Source of the DNA: Calcarisporiella thermophila CBS 279.70 | Lineage: Eukaryota > Fungi > Calcarisporiellomycota | Reading direction: 5' to 3' | Assembly: GCF_041956535.1 (NCBI RefSeq) | Contig: NW_027192215.1 | Location: forward strand, 124,001-188,000 | Length of the DNA stretch: 64,000 nt | Shown: piece by piece, positions 46,612 to 61,098 of the stretch | Layout: every line of letters begins with the position of its first letter | Position numbering within the stretch: position 1 is the stretch's first letter | Made by a program: the position numbers and the translations under genes | Notes under the pieces: model-generated | The model's input: the letters and a program-made list of their open reading frames with translations, nothing else | The model's database searches: none | Told to the model about the DNA's origin: nothing

Positions 46612-48488
46612 ATGAAGGCACTGAAAAGATATTATTTTGTGAATATTAGTATTGATAATCTTAAAAATATCGTGTTCTATGTAATCATCTCGCGATTGAC
46701 TCGTTGGATACTAATAAGGATCTGGAGGCGAGGTCTGGTGGGATTCACGCTTGATATATGGAAAAGCATAGTCAAGGCAAGCTTTTAAATGGCTCTAATT
46801 CGCAAGATGCTTGTGTTTGTGACATATTTACCTCCAATATTAATTTTAGAGAGCATTTGGCCTCTTTTGCCGCATTCCTCCAGTCCGTCGCTACATCTCT
46901 CAGAAACTTGCTGTCCCCCTTGAAGAAATTGTAAAATCGGTTGCTCCTAAAAATCATGGAACAACACGCCAGCTCTCTCTCCCGCCAATTGGCCTCTCTG
47001 ATACTCAAGTATTATACCGTCTCACTGAATATTCTAAGCTTGGAAGGGACGTGTCTGAATCATTGAGGCAGGGAAAAGTCTCTGGTGCGGTCTACCACGG
47101 AGGCGAGGAACTTGCTGATCTCTGCACCCAGGCCTATCGAATGTTTGCATTTTCAAATCCACTTCATGCCGAGCTTTTTCCTGGAGTAAATAAAATGGAG
47201 GCGGAAATAGTCAGCATGTGTCTGCATATATTCAACGCACCAAAGGAAGATGGCTGTGGAACGACAACATCAGGAGGTACAGAAAGTATTCTAATGGCAG
47301 TGAAAGCATATAGAGATAAGGCGCGGGAAGAACGAGGTATTGTTGAACCGGAAATGTATGTAATTCGAAATTGCTTTGTTTTCTATATTCTTTCCCAATT
47401 CAACCTCTCTGGATACTCTCTTTCAAAATTGATATTAATTTTTGAACTATTATAGAATTATTCCGGAGACCGCACATGCTGCCTTCAACAAAGCCTGCGC
47501 GTATTTTTGTGTTAAACCCGTCATTGCACCCCTTGACTCCAAAAATTACAAGGTGGATGTTAAGGCCGTAAAGCGCCTCATCAATGGCAATACGGTGATG
47601 ATTGTTGGCTCAGCTCCGTACATCGAAACTATATATCAGTGAAATCGAGATAAACATTGACTCGCCTTTTTGTTTATTGTACATAGAAATTTTCCGCATG
47701 GTATCATAGATGATATCCCGCAGCTTGCCGCTCTGGCCAAGAAATACGGCATAGGGATGCATGTTGATTGTTGCTTAGGAGGTTTTGTTGTGCCCTTCTT
47801 AGATCGTGCGGGCTTCCCTACCGAACCTACAGATTTTCGCGTTCCAGGCGTGACTTCAATATCATGTGATACGCATAAGTATGGTTTTGCACCTAAGGGC
47901 TCTTCAGTAATTCTCTATTCCAGCAGAGCCATCCGTCAATATCAATATTTTTGCGAGCCCGATTGGATTGGAGGAGTCTATGCTAGCCCGACTATGGCTG
48001 GATCACGGCCTGGGGCATTAATAGCAGGATGTTGGGCTGCCTTAATGCGAACGGGAGAGCAAGGCTATATCGACGCAACAAGAAAGATGGTCAAGAGTGC
48101 ACGTATTATCAAAGAGGGTATAAACAACACCGAAGGGCTATTTGTGTTAGGTGATCCAAAAACTACTGTGATTGCCTTTAGTGTTAAGGACGATCCATTA
48201 CTCGTCTTCGCGATTGCTTCCAGGCTCTCCAAGGAACATGGATATTATCTAACTTTGATGCAGAATCCACCAGCTGCGCATATTGCCTGTACATTGCTTA
48301 CAACTGAAGAAGCCGCTGAAAATTTTTTGATTGATATAAGAAATGCAATGCACTGGGTACGACAACACCCTGAAATAAGGTGCCAGAATTTTGAAGCAGT
48401 GCTCTATGGAACAACAGCTTCACTGCCGGATAAGAGCTTTCTTCGGGAGGGATCAGCTACATTTTTGGATGCGTTATACATGGCATAG
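46612..48488 (+). CDS. DPL1: Sphingosine-1-phosphate lyase (PLP-dependent); 4 exons, first intron GC-AG
   Basis: N-terminal TM exon 46612-46776, then GKVSGAVYHGG, SNPLH, TTSGGTESIL, AHAAFNKA, MHVDCCLGGF, SCDTHKYG (PLP Lys) and YASPTMAGSRPG. Confidence 0.96.
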
Positions 48489-48747
48489 CATTTTTTTTAT
48501 TGTCGCTTTTGTTTCAGCGCTTTCCGAGGAACTATTGCATTAGCATACATTTAATAATAGTAAATAGAATAATGTGTATTTTAGGTGTCAAAGATATGTA
48601 GTTTTAAGACCAATAAAGCGATGATGTAAAATATACTATATAACAATGCACCTATATTGGGTATATGCCACATAAATATAAAACTATAGTTACATTGGTA
48701 GCAAATGATGAGATATATGTATGAAATTTATACTCGAAGGAGCATGA

Positions 48748-49170
48748 TTATCTCCCAGTAAGAGAACTATTTGCAGGGTTGTGCAAAGATCCAGCTTGGA
48801 ACAATGATTCCCGTGACAAACTCCATGCGGTCCACTTTTTTTTTATAGCCTCTTTCTCAGTATGAATGTTCTGTTGCTTGGGAGGTAGAGAGCGCATAGA
48901 AGACATTCGCTTTAGTTGTTGCAGAGAACTATTAAATGGTGCCTTTAAAATGCGTGCGATTAGAGATGTTCTACGGATCAGCATCGGTGATTCTGTAGCT
49001 GGATCTTTAATAGTTATGGATGAAGAGTCAGAGATGCAGTCATTAGAGGAAGATATATCTGTATTGCAGGAAAAAGATTGATCGAAAAGAGAGAGAAGCT
49101 CGTGCTCTAAATTAGAGAGCCGAATAGAGAGCTCATCGTTATTGCTCTGGATATTCTTCTGTTGATGCAT
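48748..49170 (-). CDS. Small Ser-rich hypothetical protein (140 aa)
   Basis: ATG-initiated intronless ORF filling the DPL1-FMP27 interval, with an N-terminal coiled-coil-like segment LSIRLSNLEHEL. No family recognised. Confidence 0.5.
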   Translation of the reverse strand: MHQQKNIQSNNDELSIRLSNLEHELLSLFDQSFSCNTDISSSNDCISDSSSITIKDPATESPMLIRRTSLIARILKAPFNSSLQQLKRMSSMRSLPPKQQNIHTEKEAIKKKWTAWSLSRESLFQAGSLHNPANSSLTGR

Positions 49171-49462
49171 AACGAATGGCAGTTAAGATATGTGCAATTA
49201 CTTCGACAAATTTTTTAGAGGTTGACTTTGGCCACCGAGGGACCAAAATGTTTGAAGTGGTAAATTTGGGGAAATAGTCACAATACAAATTAGTGCTGAA
49301 AAAATGCGGAAATGAGTGCAAAAAGAAAATTTAACCCCAAAGTCTTCTGATTGTTATTCATATGTCGTATCCATAATTTTTACGGTTCTCTTGCTCTACA
49401 TCCATTTTCTGGCCACGAAATAATTGTTATTTTACTGAAGAGGACTTCAGGGCAATGACATC

Positions 49463-52400
49463 ATGTCAGTATCTACCCAGCATGTCCTAATCTCTCTTCT
49501 ACTACTCTTCTTCTCCTATTTCTGCATCCGGTCGATTTTCCGTTTACTCGAAAAGCATTTTCGTATTCGCGTACGGCGCTTCGGCTTCTTCTCTATCACA
49601 GACCTACAGTATGAATGGTTTCCTAATGAAGAAGCTACTTCGCGTTTCATTCGCCTTGAATTTGCAAAAATGCGTCTACTTATGAAGCGCACTCTCGCTA
49701 CACCTGAGGCAAATAGTAGCGAGGGGCCTCGGAGCAGCGCATGGATTACCCTGTATGTACGCGATCTAAAATTAACATTATCCACATTTGATGTGGTGAA
49801 GGCGACAAAGTCAAGTAAGCAACGGAAATCTATCGTGCAACGAATTCCATGGTGGTATACGCTCTCTATTGTGCGAATTTTAATGGAGTGGCTCAGCGCG
49901 GTACCAATGCAATTCTTTTTAAGTGGACTCGCAAACTATGTCGATCTACGAATAGAACGATTCCGTGTTTCTGTAGGGGATTTAGGAGTTCTTGAGGTCG
50001 ATAATATCTCCACGGGGCTTAAGCTTTTTGCACAAGTGATAATGCAAGAGGGGCGATATTCAACAACATGTGCAACAAATCCTGCAGGTCTGACTTCTGC
50101 TTCATCAGATTCAGAAGAAGTAGAACATGTTCAACACTCTCCCAAGAATAGCCGACATCTTTTTGCTGATAAATTTCTCAAAATATTCATAAACTACTCA
50201 TGTATCCGAGTGCGAGATATCACTTCTGCACAGCTTATCTTACAAAATACTCCGTTAGCCTCACTCTTACGTTCGAGTGCGATGACAGCGTTATCCGCTT
50301 CAACAACTACGTACGTCCCACCCGCGATGGAAATCCCTGGTGTGATAAATCTGGTGATATCTTGCCATCTAAACCCTGCTTGTACAAAACTAAAGACATT
50401 TGAGGTTAACTTCACGGTGGACGATATGATCTTTGGAGTGGATGCCTTACTACGCATACAAAACGCACTGAAACCTACCTCTACCGGAAGCCATGAGCCA
50501 CCGACAAAATCAACAGAATCGCGTCGTGGCCGCCGCACTTTTCGTATCGGTGGAAAACGGGCTTCTCCGCCTTCAACTGCCGCTCCCAAATGTCATTTTA
50601 ATTCGGTTAACATCAATATATCAAAGATCGTGTTCCTCTACGAGTGTACACCACATCTCCCATTTTCACTCGCTTTATTCGTAAACAAGCTAACCACCAA
50701 CATCTTAATCGAAGCGCAGCACTCGCAACGTCGTCATCATCACTTCCGGGGTCAAGCTTTAAACGTGATGCCATATCAATTCGTCGCTTCTATTTCACTG
50801 ATGCATTTAGACGCAGTTGAGGCACCTATAATGGCATATAATAAGTTGCGATCGATTCAGCCGAACTGGTTCACATTAGAGAAGATGGATATGGTGTTAA
50901 AAGCAACAGCACTTCCAGCCTCAAATCAGTTCGAGACAGTAGATGAAGGAGACCCTAATGCCTTCTCTTTAATTATGAAGCTTAATCTTGAATCACCACG
51001 TGTGGTTCTTGATATAGCCAAAGTAAGCAAAATAATAGAAGAGGTGGGAAATTTCGGTAATACGGAGCGCGATACGAAAAATGCACAAACCAGCATTTCG
51101 GAGGCGTCTTTATTCAGGTATATATTATTTTCACCACAATATGCTTGATATATTTTATTTAATCTTGCGTGTATTATACAGTTTTCTGCCAAAAGCCGAT
51201 ATTAACATAACGGTGCTTTCTCCTGCTCTCAAAATATTACAACCTGATGGTCATAAGAGCCTGCTATTTTGCCTAGAAGAAATACTTTTTGAAGCGAGTT
51301 GCGCCTATGCAGTAGATACCGAAGATTCGGATGTATCAGACAATATCTTGACAATGCAGCGGAGGATCTCTCTTGCCACAAATTCTCGGAAGACATCCAC
51401 TGGTTTCCTATCTTCCCTATCAACCAGGTCCAATAGCGCATGGAGCGGCTATTTTGATCTGATTGCGTCCCTAAAGATAATTGGCATTTCATTGGAAACT
51501 TTGAAGAGCGGAAGTTCTCTCGGAGGTGACGAGAGTATTATTCTATTGCCTGTCTTTGAGGGAAACCTTAAGGGCTATTGTCCTGCAAGCACTGATCGAG
51601 ATGGGAGTGGGATTGGCGGAATCGATATTTATTCAATGCAGAATGATGTTTCAGTAACCATTGCAAAACTGACTCTAAATGGATGGGCTGGTTGTGGAGC
51701 TGACCTTGAAAATACTCTCGAAATTTTATTCTCTACTCAAGCAGCCCTTTTTGCGCACACTCTCACATCACCGACTCCATCTTTTGCAAAAATTAAAGTT
51801 GAGGATAGCCGCGTGAGCTCGAGAGCTAAGTCGTTATTACTCGATAATGCTACATGGCACATCTCCCTTGCTTCATTTGAAGTAACCTTCATTGGTACAG
51901 ATGCCACCAAGCCTACACTTCCTGGCAGTCCAATGCCGGCATATGATCGAAAAGGTGGCTTAAGGGTACACTTGGAATCCATGACAATTGATTGCAGGGG
52001 AGCTTCAGTTAGTAACAACACACTGAGCGGTCAAAGCTTGAGTTTCGGAAATAAGGGCTTGGATGCGAATGCCGGACAAACAGTGGTTTTTGCTAAGTCA
52101 AAAAAGTTACGGATAACTGGTGTTATGGTTTCTCCCTACACAGGTATTCTAGTGGATCGCCGTGATGACTTACTTAATATACCGCAGATGGAGGTGGCTG
52201 CCGCAATAGCTAAAGAAAAGGCTGAGTTGATATCAAAAGAGAAGATTCAAGTCCGAGTGAAGCAATTCAATGTTTCGTTTTCTTTGGCGAATTACTACTG
52301 CTGTTTATTGGCATGTGCAGGAGTAATGAAGATAATGCAAAGTGCAGGAAAAATAATACCTAGGTAAACCGTTGACTTTTATCCCATTTTGAATTAAACA

Positions 52401-55400
52401 GAATTTTGAATCTTTAACTTAATTACAGAGAAAGCGCTTCTAACTCGGATTCCCAAGCTCAAAAGCCTGCTGGCGATTCTACTCTCCCAAATAAACCTCA
52501 GTTATCAATTGTAATCGATCAAGTCAATATCTCCGCGCTCTTGCCTGGCCAACTCAAGCTCTTCTCTCGCATTGATTTTATTGACATACGTTCTAATCCT
52601 GAAACCGCCATTAACCAGGATGATCACGCCACAGTGTCATGTATAAGGATCTTCGTCGTTTCACCTTACTGTAGCAACCTGTGGGAAGAGCTCATTGGTA
52701 TTGACAGTGTGCATATTGGAGGAGAATCAAGTCCTGAAGACAGTTTAACGGTGATCAAGGTCCCTCTATTACGGCTCAGAGTTCCTTTTAACTATGTCCT
52801 CGCCAATATTCTTGATAACGGAATTGCCACTTTCAAGGCAGTGAAGAAATTATACGTTCGCTTTATGAAGCCTGGTATGCCAGAGCCGGTTGAACCTATT
52901 CCCAAATCGCCCGCTATTATGAAGCGATTCCGTTTGGAGGCAGATGTCATAACGCTGATTATTGAGGATGATCCATTTGAAGCGAAATTAAATCTTATCT
53001 GGAGAACAGGATGCGGTGTACAACGAGAAAGGTTATGGCGTGAAGCTGCATTTCAAGCAAAAGTGGACGCAATGAACGCAAACGCAAATCAAACTGTAGG
53101 TGGAGGAGGAGAGGCTGACCAAAATGAATTTCCAGCAGATGGGCAAGAAGTCCAGGAAGAAGCCAATTGGAAAGTGAACATCCAGGAAGCGTGGGATAAG
53201 CTGCTGCAATATAATTCACAAGAGTGGTTAAAACGAATACAAACTGCACGTGAAAAGCAATGGCAACATCAACATTGGCAACGCCAGTTACTCCAACAAG
53301 CCAATCCAATTCGCCTTGGCGCAACGCATATGTCCGATTTTGAAGACGAAATTTTGGAAGCACAACAGTTACCAATTGCTTTGGCAGAACCCGGAAACTA
53401 TCCACCTTTATTAAAGGTGACTTTCTACCGGCCAAAGTTGACGTTCTCTCCGCCCAGTTTTCCAATAGAGAAAGCAAAAGCTTTCCTACACGAAGTTGGA
53501 AAGGGAATGCCACTAGATATTGAATTACAAACTTTTATCCCACTTCGACTTAAATGGACGATGGAAGAAGCTTCTGTGTTAATCAGAGACTATCCTATGC
53601 CGTTACTACATATACCACCGATGAATAGAGAAGATACTTCTCCAATCGCTTATGTATTTGATGGCGACTTTATTATTGGAGAGGAAATGACCGATGAGGA
53701 GAGTGTGAGATATGTCGATGTGACGATTTGGAGTCTCGAGGGGGATTTAGCGGATGAGTATTTGATGCGAGTTGAGCGTGTTGCAACCCCAATCAAGTTT
53801 TTCTCGACAGTACATGTGGATATATACACTCCATATGTGACACGCCTCTGCTGGTCAATGTCCGTACAGCCTGCAATACAAGAACTCGTGCGTGTGATTG
53901 ACACTTTTACTCATCCCACTGTCGATCCCTCAGAAAAAACTGGCTTCTGGGATAAGATTAGGCTAATGCACCATACTCGGACTACTATCGATTTTCATGG
54001 GGAAGGTGGTGTAGTTTTATCGGTTAAAGGAATGCGTGATCCCTATGCTACTCACGAGGATGGGGCAGGCTTAGCAATGGTTTGGAAGAAACGTGTTCAA
54101 TTGCGGCTGGGGATACCTAATGAGGAACAAGAATTTCTCCAAGTTGACAGCGAAGAATCAATTTTAGTTATTCCCAATTTAGAAGCCCTTGCTTTTGCCG
54201 ACCAAGTACCCCCCGTTTCGGCATCATCTTCATCATCAATATCCTCAGGGTTTGGTTCTAAAATATCAAAAAACGCAGGAAATTGGCTTGTGGACGATCT
54301 ACCTTTTCAAAAAGTACTTACAAAACTGTCGGGAGGAGTTCGATGGGGCTTAGGGCTACATTTTGAACGTACTTGTCCTAGCAGGTGTCTTAACTGCAAT
54401 AACCAACGCATGTGTCGTTTTTTCAATTTTATACCACATTATGAGGTAAAATATCGGGTTCCTCAACATGCGATTGCACCCGAGGGAATGGTAATTAAGA
54501 TTTCTTTTTTAGTTTGCACTATCAACACATTGTACATTATTAATTTTCCAACACCTTTAGGAATACGACTCGTTCGCTGGGTTTCGGTCTGACTCTATGC
54601 ATGGCTCTCTAAGTGTCATAAGCCCGCTCGGCAAATTTGTCGGAATTGCAGGCACGCCTCATAACGCAGCACATCTTACTCCACGTGTGGCGGACCACTT
54701 TTGGAAATGGTGTCGTCTATTTGGAGCCGAAACACCTTCAATTCCGATCAAACAGGGAAAGCTATTCCCATCACTCGAGAAACCGGGAAAAAAATTCACG
54801 AAGAACCTAGGCACGCTAGCATTCAAGGTGTGCATGTCTCCACTGTCGATTGGTTATATTTACAAAGAAGACACGTTTATTGAGGGGATAGGCGAAGGAG
54901 GTGCAGATTCGCTGGGCCTTAAGGCAGCAGTAAGCTCATTCAGTTTTGACTTGCATCAACGAAGAAAGAAATCTGTGATTATAGTCGACCATTTGGGACC
55001 TCTTGAAAGACCGCAATGGACCTTGCCGGCGGTAGAGATTGTGCTACGAGAGCTGGATTTGCGCGCAATTCATGCAAAATATATTCGAAAGCAACAAAAT
55101 GTAAATATGGCATCGAACTCATCCACAGGCTCATCGAACTCTTCACTTTCTTCTACATTCACCTTCTCGCCTGGTGCTCGAATCACTTCTGCTTATGATT
55201 CCCAACAACAAACGCGTATTTCTCCCGAAGAGCCCGCCAATGATCGTGATGATATGTTCCAATGGATGGATTTAGATGACTTTACTGAATTGAGCATCAT
55301 GCCTTATCCCCCAGATATACATCCTGACATAAAAGTTATTCCCTTTGGTTATTCGCCGCTGCTCGTGTTTTTCAAGCAAATGGATGCTCAAACCGCGGAA

Positions 55401-58400
55401 GAGCAGGAGGGAATACCACCCATGCATAGCTGTATTCTTGGAACCGGGGAAGAAGCTAGAATTGTGCAACTACGGCTATTTCTGAAGCGGCTACACGCAG
55501 TGGAGACGGAAATTAAGAATATCTCAAATTTCGAGGTATGTTCAGTTTTATTTACTTTTGCACATATTCTTTATAACTCATAAATATATAATATTCAAGA
55601 GTGGCAAGCAGCCAATTTTCGATATGGGGGAATTGCACAGAAAACGGAATGCGCTTAGAAGACACATTCGAATGCTTCAGGGGCACGACCCGATGCATCG
55701 ACTCATGTCTTCTTCTTCATTTTCCTCTCTTGAACTCGACCCCAAATACTCAGTACCTTCATCTACAAACAATATGTCGCCAAATCTAGATAGTAGTGGC
55801 CACTTTAGCCTACGCTATGTTGTTCACAATGCAGAGATTTGTTGGAACAATGCAATTCGCAACGTAATCTACAAATGCATGGATTTACGTGAACAACATA
55901 AAGGGCTGAAATATTATATGTCGATGACTGCTGTACGATTCCTTCGGGATTTAACTGCTGCTGTTGGGCAGGGACACGAAGATAACCTTAGACAGCCTCA
56001 TTCTGCATCTGATTCGTTGCGTGCAGATTCACCCGATTCTGAAGGAGCTGACATGGCCCAAGAGCTGATACGCCAGCTTATTGCAGATCAAGAAAGCAAC
56101 TTTGTTGCACAAAATGAAACGGTGGTGGAGATTGAGGCAAAAGAAGGGGACCAGAGCGACGTTTCATCAATTGATTTGAAAGGAGAAGTGGAAGCAGATG
56201 AGAAGCTTCCGCCCGGCTACTCAATGGAAAATGATTCCTTAGTAGAGTTCATTAACCTACAAATCAATCTCCAGAGCGATAAAAATCCCGGTGTGAGTGT
56301 GATCCCTGCTGCAGAACGGCTTCAGGTCAAGTGGCGCAACATTATTGATGAGAGTGTAGCTATCACTGATGATAACCGGAATCGAATTGTGAAACGTCGA
56401 ATAAATTGTCGAATGGATAATGCGCAATTTTTCGTTGCGAAAAAAGCAGATTTCAAAGATCTGGTGCCGGAGGGATTTGCGTGCGGTGATTGCTACGGTT
56501 CACGTGGTCGTGAAAGCTGGCCAGTCTGGATTCCGCTAGAGACCTTAATTGATCATGAAAGTCAGCCGAGATGGTTTGAAAGAGTGGTACCACGTACCTC
56601 CATGTCATTGCAATATGATAAATTTAACTCGCTGTGGATTAAGAAAAGTCGTCCTGCCGCAGATAACCGTCGTAGTTCATGGGCACCCCTCAGAGATGAC
56701 GACCCGGAATCGCGTTTCGACGATCGGGTAGATTTACTACGAGTAACCTGTCCACGGATCGTATTTACAGCAGACTCGGCTCAGTATTGTGCATATTATG
56801 ATGTAGTTACCGACCTGCTAATGTATTTAGAACCACGTAAGAAGGAGCGTATGGAACGAGTTAAAGAAATTCTTCTCGCAGCGGATCCCGATGACTTGGC
56901 GGGTGCACCTGAAACACTTGCAATGCTGCAGGATCGCGTAAGGCAACTGCACGAACTTCGCCTACAAGTAATGGAAAATATTGAGAATACGACAAAACGT
57001 CTCTCCAAAGAATATGTAGCAGTAAAGCATAGCCTGATTAATGCCCAGGAGGAACTTTACATGATGATGACCGCGATCACACAGGCACAAAGTAGCCGAA
57101 GAGAAACAGTGGGTGAGGTAAAGACAGCAATGAAGGTGTTAGTTTCCGCAGAAGAGCTCGTTTGGTGTATGATGTTAGATGCGCATAATCCATTATGTGA
57201 GTGGACATTATCAGAACCCAACTTACTGTGGATAACAAATGAGGACCATTCGATGGTTTATTTGGTTGAGATAAACCAGTTTAACCTCATTAACCGTCTT
57301 CCTGCACCTACTTTTGAGGAATTGCTTGCTCCTTATTTCGACGAACGACGCCCGCCTGACTTTTTCAGAAACAAGATGCTTCGTGTGTATCTGCGTGAGA
57401 TGGCTCCCGTCGGGGGGATACAAGTGATAGAGCACCTTGAAGTGAATATATTTCCCCTGCGCGTACAGATGTCATATGACGTCGCCAAGCAACTGGTGAT
57501 GTATATTTTTCCTGAAAAGGCTCGAACAGGTTCTCCGGATGCTATCCATAATGCCAAGAGTACTGGTGCCAACAGTCCATATACCTCGATAAATCCGGGT
57601 ACGATTGAAGCTGCATCACGTAAGCGTAGAGGTGGTTTAAATGACACCCAAAACGAAGATATGGATGCCATTACTGTTGGAACTTCAGACGCCATAAGCA
57701 TATCATCTAAGCGACGCGGAATTTGGACAATTTCAACAGAACCAGAAGAATGGTTGGATGAGCTACATTTAATGAAAACGCGTGCATCACAAAACCGGAC
57801 ATTCATTTATATAAAAGTACCTGAAGCAACTCATTGCCTTAGCTACCAGGTAAGTTCTTATACAGTTTAAACACTTTACTTGTCTGGAAACTAAAACATC
57901 TTCCCACTTGTTTAGGGCGCGAAAACAAAAAATATTGAGGATTTTAAAGATTTTGTATTCCGAATGCCAACTTTCGAGTACCAGAACAAAACTTGGACTT
58001 GGCTCGAGTTTATGGTTCAATTAAAAAAGGGTATTTTATACACTGTTTCACATTTGGAAATAGGACTGTATGCTAATATTATTGCATTGTAGATATCATG
58101 GGAACAGTCATAGCACATGCGGCGGCACTAATGAAAGAAAAGATTCTCCCTCGTCGACACAAATACATTCGTCGTCCCTCTAATCCAAGCAGCCTGCTCT
58201 TGCTTGAAGATGTGAATATTGACCCAACTGACTCTACACCGTCCCTCCCACTTGATCTTGGTGATAGCCGCGAGATGGTAATAGAGCAAGGACAGTACGA
58301 AGGTTGTGAAAGGGAGGAGTGCCTAGAAAATACGGATATAAACCCCGAATCAAATCAATTTATGGTCACCAAACCGACGGTTAGTGAAGGCAACGTTAGT

Positions 58401-58767
58401 GTGTCTCCCTCCCCAGCATTAAGGCCCACACAGTCAGAACAAGCTGGCCATAAACTGTTGTCAGGATTCAAGTATGGTTTTCTGTTGATGGCGCATAATT
58501 TCAAGATTTACAATTGTGACATTTGATAGATTTATGAAATTTAAGAAGCGAGAACTTGATGTTGCTTCAGATGATGAGCTCGTACAAAAGGTAAATATAA
58601 TATTCAATTTGTTCATTTATTAGTTGATTCACACTGTGGTAAATCAATAGGATAAAAAATTGCAATCCCAAAGATATTCTCCTTCAAGCCTACGATCACA
58701 AAAACCAGGCAACGATATGGAGAAGGGGAAAATGCTTTTGGGTAAAAACTACAGTCCTGGATATTGA
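49463..58767 (+). CDS. FMP27: Bridge-like lipid transfer protein BLTP2/Fmp27/Hobbit (KIAA0100); 9 exons
   Basis: N-terminal TM anchor, IEDDPFEAKLNLIWRTG, IRDYPMPL, GFWDKIRL, KLSGGVRWGLG, YDSFAGFRSD, WPVWIPLE, and Apt1-type C-terminus PVGGIQVIEHLEVNIFPL / HCLSYQG / NKTWTW. Confidence 0.95.
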
Positions 58768-59652
58768 TCTTTTTCTTGATTGTTTTTAGCTATTTGCATT
58801 TATTCAAACTATAGAATTTATCTAATTTACCTTTATTGATATATATTTTTCATTGATATTTACCGATACCCCAGTGTTATATTATTTTCTGAATGCCACA
58901 TTACATAATTTACAATAAAACATTGATAGAAAGTATACACACCCATTGAGATGTCCTAAGGCAATGTTAAACTATTAATTTATTTTCATATTTTTAATAA
59001 AACTTGTACATCACGGGTTTTTAAAGGAATGGTTACTAGAGAAAGTGATTGAGGTTTGGTATGGAATATTTTCATATTATTGACCTTGCTCGACCATGTA
59101 TTTGGTTATTATAATCGGCTCTAAAAAGAGTTAAAAATTTTGTATGCATTAATTGTCCAAACAATATGCTATAGCAACCTCGCCACATTATCATATACAA
59201 TTTATTAGAATGCAAAGTAATTCCTGGTTTTTTTGTCATTTAATCAAATTACAAATTTCAATAAAATATAAGAAAAAAATCAATAAATAAAAAGAAATTT
59301 ACAAAAAATTCATGAATTAAATAAAATTTTTGAAACTTTTGCTTTTTTAAATTTTTTATTTGTCAATTTTTAAAGAATTTTTTATATAAATTTTCTATTG
59401 TTATATTTCCAAATTCTTTTCACTCTCATGGAAATCCAATGTTATAAAAATAATTTTGTATCCATGTTATATAGTATTTTAATATTAAAAACTTATTTCA
59501 AGTTTTACAGAGATCTAATTATTGTAGAATTTATGTCAATAATTATTTAGCGAACAAATAGCCAAAGCTACGTAATATTCAATCGATGCCAATAATCCTA
59601 ATATGGACAATTGAGTTCTCCAAATTTCTTTTTAACAACTCGTTTTAAAATC

Positions 59653-61004
59653 ATGCAATTTGCTAGATTGCGGTGCTATCATTCCCCTTTACTGAGGCAT
59701 AAATGGATTTTTCGAAAATATACCACTGCAAGAGCCATGGTGTACTCTCAATATGGCCAACCGAAAGATGTTTTGAAGTTAGTTAATCTAATCTACGATT
59801 ACCTCCCAGGTTTATTTTAATTCGACCAATTTTAAAGATTGCTAGAATATCAGCTACCGATGCCCAAAGATGATAATATTATCTTACGTTTCTTAGCTAC
59901 TCCTGTTAATCCAGCTGATATCAATCAAATAGAGGGTGTATATCCTGTGAAGCCACCATTTACAAAAGAATTTGCACCAGATCAAGCTGTTGCTATTGCA
60001 GGAAATGAGGGAGTAGCAGAGGTCGTAGCAACAGGAAATGGTGTTAATGATATTAAAGTTGGTGATTTGGTGGTCATGGCGCGTGTGGCCTTTGGTGAGT
60101 GCATATAATATTTTTTTGCCATAAATATATATATTTACTTAATTATTCAGGAACCTGGAGGACTCACGCGTTAGCAAAACCACAGGATGTCGCAGTCATA
60201 CCAAAAGATATAGGTTTGATTCATGCGGCTACCTTAACAGTAAACCCATGTACTGCATATCGCATGCTCAAAGACTTCGCTTCTCTTCAAAAAGGCAACA
60301 TAATAATTTATTGATTCAGTACCGATTGACTTTTTAAACATTGTATAATTCTAATAGGAGATTTTATTATACAAAATGGTGCTAATAGCGGAGTTGGCCA
60401 GGCGGTCATTCAAATAGCAAGGAATTGGGGTATAAAAACCATCAATATCGTCCGAAACCGGTATGTATAATGGTTAATAACTGTCTTCTCATGCATGACT
60501 AATAAGAAATCTCATAGTCCGGATATTGAAAATTTGAAGTTTCGACTTCGTTCTCTCGGTGCTACATATGTCCTGCTCGATGAAGAACTAGGAAAAAGAG
60601 AGACGAAAGAGAAGCTAAGGGAATGGACGCAAGGAAAATCAATCAAGCTGGGTCTAAACTGCGTTGGGGGGAAGAATACTACTGAAATGTCACGTTTATT
60701 GGGAGTTGGTGGACATCTTGTTACCTATGGCGCAATGGGTCGCCAGCCCATCACTATACCTGCATCACTATTTATTTTCAAAGATATCCATCTTCATGGC
60801 TTCTGGGTCACACGATGGGGGGAAGCCAATCCACAAAAACGACAGGCAATGCTTGAAGATATTATCACAATGATTAAATCGGGAGAACTTGCGGAAGTAG
60901 AAAATGAACAAAACAAATGGAATGGAGATGCCGACAGTTTTATTGAAGCAGTCAACAAGGCTGGTGTCAGTTTTGGTGGCAAAAAACAGATTATAGTTTT
61001 TTAA
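59653..61004 (+). CDS. ETR1: Mitochondrial trans-2-enoyl-ACP/CoA reductase (MECR, mtFAS); 5 exons, third intron GC-AG
   Basis: Presequence, then [61 protein letters not shown] and VTYGAM. Confidence 0.95.
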
Positions 61005-61098
61005 TAAAATCAAGATTCGAAGGCAGTAATTTGAAAATGGTTCAGCGAAAAGATAAATAAGCAAATTTTACAAAACCGCTAATTCAACTGGATACAGT

